Of a stretch of DNA of 64,000 nucleotides, positions 36,915 to 50,395 are shown piece by piece. The first letter of the stretch is position 1; each line of letters begins with the position of its first letter. The DNA is from Octopus sinensis. Its lineage: Eukaryota. The notes below the pieces were generated by a model that was not told where the DNA came from, did no database searches, and saw nothing but the letters and a program-made list of their open reading frames with translations. The position numbers and the translations under genes were made by a program. The stretch covers positions 123,752,001 to 123,816,000 of the forward strand of contig NC_042998.1 of the NCBI RefSeq assembly GCF_006345805.1, written 5' to 3'.

Positions 36915-37230
36915 CCAAAGCTCCCGTCATCTAAATCTCGAATAAGGACCTAATACTGCAACAGCTTGTTATTTCAAGGATGCACCCAATTCAACATGCT
37001 GCCAAACATCCTAGAGATTTGTGACGTGCAGATGCGGAGGTCTTTCAATAGCTTCTGAACAAATTTCCATCTGAAATACCAGATGAGCCCACATCACGAC
37101 AGAAAACACAAAGAAAAGTGATTCCGTCCAAACTTTTACTTCACCAAAAACAATGCAGAAAGGAAACCCAAACGATCTGAAAGGCGGTACTCCAGTATGG
37201 CCCCAGCCTTTCGCTAAGACCAATAAAGGA
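36915..37230 (+). mobile_element. CR1-group LINE 3' end (family 2)
   Basis: YCNSLLFQG..QFNMLP...SEIPDEPTSRQ; 3' motif GGCGGTACTCCAGTATGGCC. Confidence 0.65.
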
Positions 37231-37428
37231 TATGCCTACATATATATTTAGGCGCGCGCGCACACACACATACGTATATATACGCTTACATATATACATA
37301 CATATATATACCCATACATACATATGTGCGCATACATGCATACGTATAGACATACATACATATACGCATACATTCATACCTACATATATAAACACATACA
37401 CACACACACACATATATATACATACATA

Positions 37429-37501
37429 TTCAAATAATCCTATCAGGTGGTGCTATTAAGTTAGACATGGCCTGGACCAATCATTGGTCGAAACGTATCT
37501 A

Positions 37502-37505
<4 letters not shown>
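37429..37505 (+). mobile_element. CR1-group LINE family 1, extreme 3' end
   Basis: TCAGGTGGTGCTATTAAGTTAGACATGGCCTGGACCAATCATTGGTCGAAACGTATCTAAG. Confidence 0.8.
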
Positions 37506-37541
<36 letters not shown>

Positions 37542-37623
37542 CACACAATATAATAAATAAATAAAATATATGCATATATACATACATATATGTACATACT
37601 TACATCTACATGTATATATACAA

Positions 37624-37681
<58 letters not shown>

Positions 37682-37687
<6 letters not shown>

Positions 37688-37856
37688 GTACAGGACACCA
37701 CAAATAAACGTAGAACGAGAAACGAAAACAAAATCAAACAAGGAAACGGACTATTTTTAACAACGAAAAAAGAGTACAGGACAAACAATACAAGGAAAAT
37801 TCCCCTTCATCAGCTGTCCCTGGTTCGGCTCAATGCGTGTTTCGAAGGTAAGGACA
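37682..37856 (-). repeat. Family P-related pseudo-LTR-like repeat
   Basis: Minus strand CAGCTGATGAAGGGG...GTCCTGTACCCATATA. Confidence 0.5.
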
Positions 37857-40022
37857 TACATATATTCATACACACCCACCCACATATATATATATATATA
37901 TATAAATGTGTGTGTGTTTGTGTACACATATGGATATACATACATACATACACTGGTATATAGGCTTGTGTAGGCGCCTACATATGATCGTGTATACTTT
38001 TAATCTATATTGTTAGAACACTACTGAAACTATTTTGTTCCGTCAAAAATCTAAATCTTTAAACCTTCAATTTGTATCGTAATATAAATTGTTAAGTCTG
38101 TGAATTGTTGGAAAAAATTTTTTTCTTTAAGCTAATGTTAGAGTGATGTAGAGTTATTTGCTCTAATACACGTTTAAATGGAAAGTCAACATTAATGTAA
38201 ATTGATGACTGGTATAAATCAATATATTCCCCTTGCAGTACTAAATTCTGTCTTCAGTAAATACTATACTAAACTGTAGATATATAGAAAAATTAAAAGA
38301 AGAACGTTATGTATGAGTAAAATGGTAGCTTCAAGTAAAAGACTTTGTGCAACAACCAATCTCTATTTCATTTAATCGTTAATAATTTTTTTAAAGTCTT
38401 TCAGAGAAATTGCTACTGTATATTTATTGACATCAAGTATGTTGAGTTATGGCTGCTTTTGCTGCAATTAAAAGCATTTGTCTTTTTTCTATTTTTATTT
38501 CGGTTTTCTTCCCGTGGCATACGAGAGGACGTGAAGTAGTGATTAAATATATCTATTAACAGTTTACTTATATATAAAATATAGTTTCGAGAAATGCATA
38601 GCATTCAGAATTCTATTGTAAACAAAGTTTTACAGAGTAATACTTCTTTAATATCTGAAGATGATTGGGTGCGAATAACAGCAGTAATAGATTTCATGCA
38701 TAATGGTTAGAGAGCTTAACAGAACCGATCAGAGAACTCATATAATTTTTCGGTTTAACATTTTAGTTCATTCGTTTGAAGAAACATAAATGTTTAAAAT
38801 GAAAAATGTTTAAAATGTATTGACACTTTCTGCTGTTTAAGATCAAAAATATCTCTTCTTGAAAATGCCAAACAATTATTAATATATCATGAATATAGTC
38901 TGTAGCATCTGTTCAAGTCTAACCCTTTGTTTAAGATAAGTGCTATAGGTATCACAAGTGAAAACATTTTATTTAAAATACTGCAACGTTTGAGAATTAC
39001 ATTATACCCTCTACCATATATATTGTATATTATGTATTGTATGTAATGCATTGGCATAATATTTCTACATCATACGTTGACTGTATTAATATTTATATGA
39101 GTCTAATAATGAAAATATGCGTAGACCAAATATTTTATTAGAAGCAATATAGCGTTTTGGGAGATATAAAGCAGGTGATCCATAACCCAATGCTCACAAT
39201 TTAATATTTCCTTGTAAATGAACGTCTTGCGTACCGTTTCAGTTGTTTATCACTTTATACACAATGACAAATGATTGGAAATAGTTCGTGCATATAATAG
39301 ACGAAAAGAAAGAGCTAAACTAAGAGTGTAATCTGCTGTCAGTTTACTACCAAACAACATCGCTCGGTCTCTTGTGATGATAAGACGTGTGAAGGTTACA
39401 TCTGCAAGGAAATGAAAAACATTGCACAATAATGTTTCGGCTGTTTTATGGAAAAGGTAACTGTAATTCATGGTCGAAAATCATTGTATTCAATTCTTTA
39501 CAACCATGGTTCATAAAATGTAGTACCACATGAAATTAACTCAATGTAGTTAATGCTACCTTATCACAAGCAATTTTCACTTCTGCTGAATACCATTGCA
39601 ATAATGTGAATAAATATCCTTAACTCTAATTTTTGCTATATTCTCAAAAATACCAATTTATTTCTATATGAAAACTTTTACGATCGAGATAATAATTCAA
39701 AGATTTATTTGCGATCCAGCCATATAAGAAATTCTGAAGATTTGGTTCCATAAGTTACAAGCCAAAACAACTATTGTTTTCATCCATTTGTTTAGATGTA
39801 TTTGGAATTAATAAATGTCCTTTCCTCCTAAAGTTAATCTAGTTATAAATAGGTTATATTCAAGTACACATTCTATAATTCCCTTCATTCATAGAGAAAA
39901 CAATACGCTTGATGAGCAATGCGCTTCCGCATCTCTAATATCCTTGGACTTCAATCTTGATCTTATACATCAAATTCTACCAACACACAAACCAGATTTC
40001 CCGATCGTCTACTGCACATATG

Positions 40023-40064
<42 letters not shown>

Positions 40065-40087
40065 TTATCTATTTATCTATCTATCTG

Positions 40088-40144
<57 letters not shown>

Positions 40145-41807
40145 TCATTATCAGTCTCTGCTTTCCGGGTTAGTGTTTGCTCTTAGACCACGAGATTAGG
40201 CATAATTTGATTCTACTTTGCTTACTTACTGCTCTGGACATCAGCAACATGGATTTCAATTACACTGGATCAAGCGCTCTCCCTACTTCCGCCTAACAAC
40301 TTCTACACCAACAACTTCTCTTTAAATTCATCTTCCGATATCAAGAACATAGAGCTCACCTCATCCATTATATTCGGTGACCGCACAATTCACTAATCTT
40401 CTTGTTCCTTATATCCCTCCTGCCTTTACCGAAAACTATATTTTGAACTCATCCTTCAACTCTCTATACATTTAAATTTCTCTGTTCCTTTATCTGTCCG
40501 GAAATCTATCCCGTTCTTAAGGAACATGATAGTGCTTGTTCTATTCTCAAGCTGAACATTCCATCAGGCTTCTTCAGTTAAAGTTCTATCGCATAAAATT
40601 ATATCTCAGTGCTGTACCCAAGGACAAGCTTCAGATATACACAACCTCGAATGTAAAATATGATATTCATTTATGTATGTATCTATAAATATGAGCGTGC
40701 ATGTGTGCATGTGTGTGTTCCTTTTGTGCATCCATATCTTTGTATGTGAATGTTGGTGTATATGTATTTGTTTACATTTGCGAGTACATATATATATATA
40801 TATATATCCATTCAATCATCTATACACAGTCACAGAGACACACGCTGTTTAATAATCTGCCAAAAATAGATTTAATAATATTTCTACATGTCTGCTCAAA
40901 GAAATGAGAGTATTTGATGCATGCATGTAAGAGGATTTCATTATTTCTACTTTTCTTTTACTGAAAATAACAAGTTTGCTTTGATTGACGTTTCTCCCGT
41001 TAAACTATTGCAGACAAAAGCAAAGATAAAAGCACTGGAAGATCCAGTCTATGACGATATTCTATTTTGCCGATAGCTAACATTTGTTATCTAAACACAT
41101 TTTATGCACTTGTGAATACGCCAGAAAACCATGGATCTCCTGTTTTGCAAAGATTGCGAAATTAGTATATACCGTATTGAATGGAAAGAGAATAACAGAA
41201 ATTGATGAGGTTTACAACAGTGACTTGCAGAGCTTCTTTTATCAAGAGATTTATACCTTTAATGAGCTTGTATCAATCAACTTTCTCAAACAATGGGAGG
41301 AAAGTTAATTTTGAGAAGTTTGGGAAGCTTGCACAACTCATTGTTCGCAACTTCTGATTGGCGAACACTTTAATTATATTCTTTTGTGTCGCATATTCTT
41401 TTATTTGTTTATTGTTTTCCGAAACCAGACTAGTACTTACTGATTATGGCTGGCAATCAATACGAAATCAGCAATACTTCTCGAGGAAGAATATGTAGGT
41501 AATTGATTCGTATGCACTGACATCTAAATGCATGTACAGAAAGTTATTCTTTCAATGACCAAAACGAAGCAAATTCGAAAACGACACTGTATATTCCTAA
41601 CGATGCTTCTATAGTTTGCTGCTAAAAGTAATATTTTTCCAAGACCGCAAAAACACGGTTATCGTAATTCATTCAAAATAAAGTTTATACATCTCATATA
41701 GACCCCCTTAGTCTTTGAACTTGTACAAAAAATATTCTTCTTCTTCCTTATTATCATTATTATCATTATTATTATTATTATTATTGTTCTTCTTAATATT
41801 ATTATCA

Positions 41808-41965
41808 TTAGTATTCAGTAGTCTTATTTTGATCAAGTGCTTTCACTGCACTACCAAGCGCAGCTCTTTGTGTCTTCGGTGAGTACTGTAGTTTGTCGTG
41901 ATGCTGTCATTTTTACTGTATTGAAAGTGTTTCACGTAGGATGTGTACGGTGCTTAGTAATGCTA
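41808..41965 (-). mobile_element. R4/Dong-like element, extreme 3' end with (TAA)n tail
   Basis: ALLSTVHILRETLSIQ*, then a 3'UTR running into (TAA)n. Confidence 0.75.
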
Positions 41966-41970
41966 AATAA

Positions 41971-42066
41971 TTGACGTGGTAGTGCCAGGAGATCAACATA
42001 TAATCATGAAAGAAAGAGAAAAGATTGATAAATATGGAGACCGGAGAAGAGTCAATCGAAGCAAAC
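41971..42066 (+). mobile_element. RLE domain fragment
   Basis: DVVVPGDQHIIMKEREKIDKY. Confidence 0.6.
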
Positions 42067-42071
42067 TTGTT

Positions 42072-42088
42072 TATTATTATTATTATTA

Positions 42089-42128
<40 letters not shown>

Positions 42129-42153
42129 TTTATTATCATCATCATCATCATCG

Positions 42154-42207
<54 letters not shown>

Positions 42208-42220
42208 CCATCATGATCAT
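42072..42220. repeat. (TAT)n/(CAT)n microsatellite
   Basis: Directly visible. Confidence 0.95.
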
Positions 42221-42221
42221 T

Positions 42222-44100
42222 CAACATTTGGTTGTTTCAGGCAAATTCCTACTGTGTCACATGCTACACCACCATGTTACTAAGGTGTGTGCCGTATTGT
42301 GCGTTCTTTTTTGTTGTTGGGAGAGTGCAAGCTCCTCTAGGCATAGTATCGCGTCAGTTTGTTTTCTTATGGGGGTACGGTTGCCGTCTTTTGTGGTATT
42401 AGTGTTTGTATTGTGTTGTGTCTAATGCAAGTTGTGTTCTGTGGGGTATCCCGTCTGTTGTTGGTTGTTTATGTCATTGGATATTTGCAATGTAGGGTGT
42501 CTTGTATTTGTGGGTCGTTTTCTTTGGGTTGTATTATTGAACTGACAGTGTCTTGCGTAGAATGTTGTCTATTCCTAGCAGGGCTATCTTTTAGAGAGTG
42601 TGTAGTATTCAAGGTCCAAGTATCGCTTCTACGTCTTTGTTCATATATTTTTATCATGCCCAGTATGTCAATTATAACTGGTATTGTTTTTACCTTCGTG
42701 CCCCACATCTGGAATACTTCAATTTCGAGGGGTTTGTACTTTAACAATTTCTCCACTTCTTTTTGAGCCATATTTCGATCAGAAGGGACTGCAATGTCTT
42801 TCGGTAACTAGTTGTTCTTTTTTCCAATCCTTGAGTATTATGTTCGGGTGGTTATATTTTATTTCATTGTCAGTTTGAAATAGTATATTCCAGATGATTG
42901 TGGCCTACTCGTTGTCATGTATCTTGTTTGGCACATATTTATGTACATTTTTTATCGGTTCTTTTTTTATGCTGTAGTGTTGTCATTATCCAATGGATAT
43001 AACTACTTATTTGGTCATACCTGTATATACAATCCAATCAGATTTGGCAAAGACTGGACAGCCAGAGATGATGTAGTCAATTGCCTCATTGTGTGTGTTG
43101 CACGTTATGCATTTGGTGTTTGGGCTTGCTTTAATTAATATGCCCTTATAGTTAGACATTGGTCTTGTGCAGCGAGAATTACTCCTTCCGTTTCAGCTTT
43201 TAGTCCAGAGCTCTTCAGCCACTGTTGGCTTTTACTTAACTTCGCTTCTTCTCTGTCAGGACTTGCGGTGTGTTAGCCATGGAAAGATTTTTCTCTCCAT
43301 TTCTTTTTTAGTATGTTTTGTAGTTCTGTTTTCATGCTGAATTTTTGTTTCGTTGACCATTTCTACCCAGTTGTCATCTGAGATCTGTCTATCCGTATAG
43401 TTTATTTGTGTTTTGTATTTTGACGCGTCCTTGTGTATAGGGAAAAGCATTTTCTTTTCCTTGTGTAGCTTTATTACACATAGTTTTCCAATTTTTGCTT
43501 CTAATTACTTTTCTAGTTCAACTGTAGTCACTTTATATTAGTTGTCTATCTGTGTCTAGTTGTGACCTCCTTCTGAGCGGGGTAGATATAGTTTGCCCAT
43601 GTTTCCTTTGGGATGGTGACGTCGGTATGATGATAATAGCTTTCCCGTTTTCTTATCCAAGTTTCTCAATTCTCTGATTTTTCCAGTTTATTATGTTGAA
43701 GCTGTAATTTATGACTGGGATGGCTAGCGTCTATACATCCCATTATCCAGCATTGACCTCAGTGTTTAATAGTAGTCTAACTCTTATGTAGTATTCTCTT
43801 CTATTTTTTTCTTTCATTATTCTATTGTATTTTTACTGTTTCGTCTATACTAAGATATTTGTATGTAGGATTGTGGTCTAATTCTATTATATTTGTGTCT
43901 ATGTTGAGTGCTGCGTTTTCAGTATTGATTAATTTGCCATTTCTCAGTGTCACTTTGTCATATTTGTCTAGCCCAATGTGCATCCCGATGTCTTTGCTGA
44001 AACTATGGACGATATTTAGAAGGGTTCTCCGTTTCGTGTTATTTTTAGTGAAAATGTTTAAATCATACATGTATGGGTGATGGTTTATTGTTTGTCCCCA
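42222..44100 (-). mobile_element. 5'-truncated R4/Dong-like element: RT C-terminus, CCHC, RLE and 3'UTR
   Basis: HP.YMYDLNIF, FSKDIGMHIGLDK, YKYL; RLE region EKLLKYKPLEIEV.QMWGTKVKTIPVII..LGMIK; LG..NILRKTLSVQ*; (GAT)n/(TAA)n tail. Confidence 0.9.
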
Positions 44101-44227
44101 GCATCGATAAGCCACATAGGTTACATTTCACAAATTTCTCAGTGAAGTCACAACAATGCAGAGCGATTATTATTAGGCAGAAAGATTATTATTATTATTT
44201 TTTTTTTTTTTTTATTATTATTATTAT

Positions 44228-44347
44228 GTGAGAGAGCAGTGCATGCTCTCAAAGTGACGATGGGGTAAAATACAGAAGCCCAGTATACCCATCATTACTA
44301 CCCACCTGATAAGGGTCCATTAAGCACATGCCTGGTACTGCATCAGG
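44228..44347 (-). mobile_element. Internally deleted copy of the ~510-bp TAA-anchored element
   Basis: Both ends match 56787-57294; embedded in (TTA)n on both sides. Confidence 0.7.
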
Positions 44348-44349
44348 TC

Positions 44350-44421
<72 letters not shown>

Positions 44422-45705
44422 TTTACTATCGTCAGTCAATATTGATGAAAGATACGGGAGAATTGGTTTCTGATAATTCAGAATGTACCGCAACAGTACA
44501 ATGTTCTACTTCTTTTTGCATTTTCAGATTAAAATAACTATTATTGGTAGAAGTATTGGCAAATACAAAATTTTCACTTTTATCTGCTTCTTTGCCAGTC
44601 TTTCTCAGTGAGACATTGTTTCAATTCTAATTAGTTCAACTGATTCTAATAATTGATCTGGCAAAGGTTAATATAATTTCTAACCAGTTTCTAAATTGCT
44701 CCACTGTCATTTTCCAATTTCTTTAATCAATATTTGTCGCAATTGGTAAACAAATAACCACGAAATATTGAGTATAATTAAATGGACTAAATAATTATGA
44801 AATAACGTGGTCATTGTGCTAAAGCACGCAATGTTTGAAAGATCAGAGTTTTGTTCATCGGGCATGGAGAAAGCATTTATATTTAAGTGACATATATATG
44901 ATATTAGTTGCAACTTAAAGCACAGTTAAGATGATGGTGATAGTGGAGGTGTTGATAGTGATAGTGTTGGTGATGATGGTGATGACCATGATGATGATAG
45001 GGAGGAGGTGGAGGTGATGAGGATGTTGATAATAATGACGATAAATATAAGATTAATACTCTGTCTAAACGTTAATCCTTTTGACTGGTAATGAAAATCA
45101 AATAAAATTTCCACACATGTATTTAGGCATTTGCATTGAAACAAACGATAAATATGTATCATTTCATTGTATTCCACACATTATATTTAATTCTAAAATC
45201 AACATTACTTACCTTTCTTTTCCACATTTGAAAAATTTCTTTTATATTTCTTCAGAAAAATAACAAACGAGAGTTACACAATGTGTAAATATAGGACAAA
45301 CTGTTCAATTGTTGAAAACAATGAAATAAGCTACACTACAGGAACTACATTTTGTTGTTTATGTTCTATATCCATTTTGATTTATAATTATATTATTTTT
45401 GAAAAACTCGTACGTGTTTCATCATGTTAAAGATCTCGATTATGCCATCCATTCTGTTCCATAAACTGATGTTAGACTGTAACATTGAAACACGCTTCTG
45501 TATTCTGAAGATTTAGTTTATAGTGAAGGACTGCAGAGAGTCTAAAAAGTAAATCTGGTTATTTAAAAATCAATTGATTTCATTTCATAAGTAAAGTTAA
45601 CAACAAATAATGTGACCATGTATTTTGACAAGCAGAACATTAACTATCTATGTATCTGTCTGTCTATCTATCTATCTATCTATCAAACTCTCTTTCTCAT
45701 TCTCT

Positions 45706-45743
<38 letters not shown>

Positions 45744-45750
45744 CTGTATA

Positions 45751-46155
45751 GGAGTGGCTGCGTGGTAAGTAGCTTGCTAACCAACCACATGGTTCCGGGT
45801 TCAGTCCCACTGCGTGGCATCTTGGGCAAGTGTCTTCTGCTATAGCCCCGGGCCGACCAATGCCTGGTGAGTGGATTTGGTAGACGGAAACTGAAAGAAG
45901 CCTGTCGTATATATGTATATATATGTATATATGTGTATGTGTGTGTGTGTGTTTGTCCCCGTAGCATTGCTTGACAACCGATGCTGGTGTGTTTACGTCC
46001 CCGTCACTCAGCGGTTCGGCAAAAGAGACCGATAGAATAAGTACTGGGCTTACAAAGAATAAGTCCCGGGGTCGATTTGCTCGACTAAAAAGGCAGTGCT
46101 CCAGCATGGCCGCAGTCAAATGACTGAAACAAGTAAAAGAGTAAAGAGAAAAGAG
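45751..46155 (+). mobile_element. SINE family C (tRNA-type, CORE-like), complete
   Basis: A-box GTGGCTGCGTGGT; B-box GGTTCAGTCCC; CORE-like CTTGGGCAAGTGTCTTCT; internal (TA/TG)n; tail GGCAGTGCTCCAGCATGGCC..GACTGAAAC. Confidence 0.82.
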
Positions 46156-46216
<61 letters not shown>

Positions 46217-46539
46217 TGTATGTATGTACGTATGTATTGATGCATGTATGTATGTAGAGAGAGAAAGGTGTATATATATATATATATAGATATATCTTTC
46301 TTTAGTTTGTTATTAATATGTGTGTGTGTGCGTATGTATATATATCAGTTGAATAAAATTACACCATGGTTTGATTTTCATGTTTTTTTAATTATTTTCT
46401 TTAAACATTCTTTACAATGTTGAATTATTTTAAACATTAAAAAAATATTTTGTAATGTTCATAAAATTCAATTAGCGCCTCACAACTGTAGTAAAATGAC
46501 CAACTTCTTCTTTTCCCTACCTTCTAGAAACCTCCGACA

Positions 46540-47930
46540 AGCTGAATTTTTCGAATACGATTTTGACCAATTAGCATGCAGCTTAAACGTCATGTTTGCC
46601 GGACACAACGATATTACTGGTATAGATTCCGCCTTTATCTGAATCAATTAGCTTGCGTTTTACATGTAATGGTTTCATGAGGGAGCAAATTTAGTTGGTT
46701 TCGATTGTTTTGATTTCAATTGGTGGGAATCTTCTGTAATTTGTTTATATTCATATGTTAAAGATATTTTATTCCACATCATTAACTGGTTGTTATATTA
46801 TTGTTGTTATTTCCGTTCAGATCAGGTTTAAACATTTTAATAAAACGTTTTCCTTTTATCTTTTTTCCAGCCTCACTCGTTTTATTTAGTTTGTTAAAAC
46901 GAAAAATTAGAAACATTTACTGACCACATGTTTCAATATGTTCGCTCAATGGAATTTGGGGAACATTAGGGTCCCGTTAATGCATTCCCTGCCTCGCCAT
47001 TATATAGTTCCTCGCAATTAGGGCATTTAATGCAGTAGATCAAATGTCTGCTTTTGCAGTTCATATCTGCATTTGTGAAAATTGTTAATCTTTTGTTCTA
47101 ATGGATCTACCAGTATGCATGTATTACACTTGGAGACTGTGAATGTTTTACCCTGTTTGTTCATGTTGAATTTTGCCTTTGTTAATAGTTTCTTTAAGAT
47201 ATGTGGTTACCTTTTGCTCAAGATAAGTGTTTGTTTAGTTATTATGTTTTTTCTATTTTTCCCTTTGTTTCATGATTGGCAAATTTGTTTTGATGATGTT
47301 AAAAATGTTTTGGCGATGCGGATTTTGTGTTACTAGAAATGGTCTTCCTTTAGATGAGTACGTCGTTCTCGTGTTGCCCTAAGTCGATCTGTAGGTATCT
47401 CTTTTGCTCGTTGTATGCTATTTTCTATGAGTAGGAGAGGGTATTTTTGTTCGAATAGGAATCCGTTGAAATCAATAAGTCGTATGTTTCTTGTTTTCTT
47501 TATGGCTTGACAGTACAGGATATTGCGTTTTGTATATGTTTTGAAATTTAGGCACTGGTGTGTATCTCTGTTTTTTTAATAAATATCAATTGTGATTGTG
47601 GTGCTGATTTTTACTTACCATTATGCCAAGAAATGGTAAATTTGTGTTGCTCATTTCTGTTGGGAATTTGAGACTAGGGTACAGATTGTTGAGGAGGGTG
47701 CTGAATTGTTTCAGATTTTCTAGGAAATTGGTCCATCTATCCTCTATATGTCTTCTAAAGGTCATGCCGTAGTTTTCTTCAACTTTTTGACATAGATTTT
47801 GTTCCAAGTGTCCTAATATTGAGTTCGTTAAAACTGGAGTAAATCGCGTCCCCATATTTGGAGGTAGTTTTTTTTTCCGTTGAAAAGGAATGTATTGTTT
47901 TCGAGGATGATGCTGACCGCGTCTAGTATG
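46540..47930 (-). mobile_element. Penelope-like element: RT and GIY-YIG, degenerate
   Basis: ILENNTFLFNG, MGTRFTPVLTN..LG.LE, LPFLGI; MNCKSRHLIYCIKCPNCEELYNGE. Confidence 0.85.
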
Positions 47931-49639
47931 ATGGTTACAGTAAATCTAGATTTTCAAATCGGATGGTAACTACGAACGTCTGAAAGTTATGAACATCACA
48001 AGATATTTTTATGTTTAACATACTTCAACATTGTAAAAACTTTTTTTTAATACAATAATAAAAAGTGTGAAAACCAGACCATGTTGTAACTTTATCATTC
48101 TATGCACATTTACACTCACAGACACACACATATATAAGCAATAAGTATAACGATATAGGATATGGAGATTGGTACATCTTCAAAAAGAACACGGAATTAC
48201 CCATCAGAGGAATTTACAGCGTGAGTGACAATTCATAGTACCCATACACGTTAAATACTAATGGATGCAGCTGGCCATAACTGAGAGCCACTACAATATC
48301 TGCCCCGATAATATATCGTTCTAAACTCGCATAATGTGTATGTGAGTATTGTATATATATATATATATATATATATGTCTGTCTGTCTGTCTGTCTCTCT
48401 GTATGTATGTATGAATATACAATTATATGCAATAGGAAGTATATTATATTAAAGTAACCATCTATATATCATGCATGATGTAAATAAATCGTAAAGACAA
48501 TTTTAATTCTGTGTTCGTGCAAAGATAACTTTAGGGATAATTCTAGAATTTTAATTGGGGAATCGATTAACATTCATCCATCCTAAAAATAGAAATATAT
48601 TTGCACGATGGTACATGACCAAGAATTGAAATCCTCCTGCCCTATGAAAACCTTGGCGTTGCGATATTTACTCTCCATTAAGCTGAAGTATTTACGTATG
48701 TGTGTAATCTTCAGTATGAAAGAAATGTTAATAGTGGTTTTATTGATTCCGTATGATTTGTTGCCCGGTCAATATTTTCGTGAGAACAAAGCTAATGCTA
48801 TGTATATCACAAGACTTATAAATGTATAATAGTACTTAATGTGTGTAGAAATGCAGAAATGTTGATATTCCTTCAACCATGTCTAGAATTCTGCAGTCAA
48901 TTTGAAATTCTTCACATGAATAGTCATTTGGGCAAAGATGTTAATCAAGTACGAAACAAGAAATGCTATATATTTCCTTATGACACTAGATAATCTTAAT
49001 GTATTAATAATGAGAAATCATTCTGAGATTAAGTTCTTTAAAAGGAGTAGTTTCAGTAGTAAAGTTGCTAGTGAAAAAAAACAAACTAAAGAAGTATTTT
49101 TTCCTATCGCGATTTATGTACTAAACATTATATAGCTTTACGTTTAACCTATTCATGTGAACAATCTAAAATCTGACTAGATGTTGTACGAAGAAAATCA
49201 TTCAGTTATACATTCAATTGCAAAACTGTAGGCTAGTCAACCCGTAGAAATAAAGAAGCACATTAGCAAAGCTGATATTGCTTTAGTAGTGTTTATTTTA
49301 TATGGCACATTTTATGGTAGGCATAAAGGGGATAAATTCTTTACCAGAAATTAAGTATGTGTGAACGACAAAAGAGTTTCGTGTGTAATCCAGTATAGAA
49401 CTTCCTTTCCAACGGACTCTTCCAAACAGCACCGGCTTTCAGATATATCGCTCCTGCCCATATCCTCTGTTGAAATATATCGTAAATAATGTGCACTCTC
49501 ATACATATAACTGTATGTGTGTATGGTTATATATGTGCATGTGCCTCGGTGTGTGAGTAGAATATGTAATAAATTGTTCCGGAGTCTCCTGTACCCTTGG
49601 AATTTTTATTTACTCTATGAATGTTCCAGTGGTGAAGGA

Positions 49640-50395
49640 GGCTCACTTTAATTTAGACAAAGCTGAGGGGGAGGCAGCTCTTCTATGGAAAAGATAGTCT
49701 GACATAAAACTTGCAATCAAAATAGTACAAGCCAACATGCAATGCTTCACACTGGATCCTGCTATGGTGGCTGCTGTACTAGGCCTTGACACTTCAATCC
49801 AGAGACGTACATATATATCACTATCATTTCATTTCTTGATCTATTTTGTCCGATGCTGCTTGATGAGAAGTCATATCCTCGCACATAAAATTATGAAAGT
49901 AATCAAGCTGACTGTCAGGAGGCTATAATTTGACTAGATAAGTTAATCATCATATATGTAACATATGTATAAACACAGACAAACAGAGTTTTAAGGTGAG
50001 AGAAGGAAAAGGTTCAAGTCCTCTGGACATTTCCAAATTCGTGACTCTGAATCCCAAACGCAGTCTTATATTCTGATCCTGATAATACAATGTGCACTTC
50101 TGCTGTACATCGTAGAAGATTCAGAGACACACTGGAAGCAACCTTAAAATCTTATAGAATCAACTAGAAGACATGGGGTTGGGATTGTACCAAATGCAGA
50201 TCTGATTTCAAAGAATTCAGCACCAGAAGCATTAAGTGTTTGAATCTCCATTTATTTGTATGGGATATAAATGCGGAGGCTGCGAGCTTCACTCCAAAAT
50301 TTGTGCCGGATCTGTGGCTTCTTTGCACGAATAGGACATATCGCCTAGGCTCCTAAATGAGTATTCTTTCTTCTGTTGTTGTAGGTGCTACATCA
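49640..50395 (+). mobile_element. Highly decayed RTE-clade LINE 3' part
   Basis: DIKLAIKI; IPNAVLYSD...RRRFRDTLEATLKSYRIN.KTW; CRICGFFARIG. These match RTE C-terminal consensus motifs. Confidence 0.7.

Noticed and set aside
37455-37505. LINE 3' stem-loop followed by GAAACGTA as a hammerhead
   Set aside because: It mimics the topology, but CATGGCCTG replaces CUGANGA and the CGTA/stem I pairing is not kept in the other three copies.
39900-40620. C-rich segments suggestive of a retroelement ORF
   Set aside because: No diagnostic motif recovered in any frame I read.
41084-41308. 74-aa non-repetitive ORF after an acceptor-like site
   Set aside because: No recognisable domain, stops near the acceptor and no matching donor.
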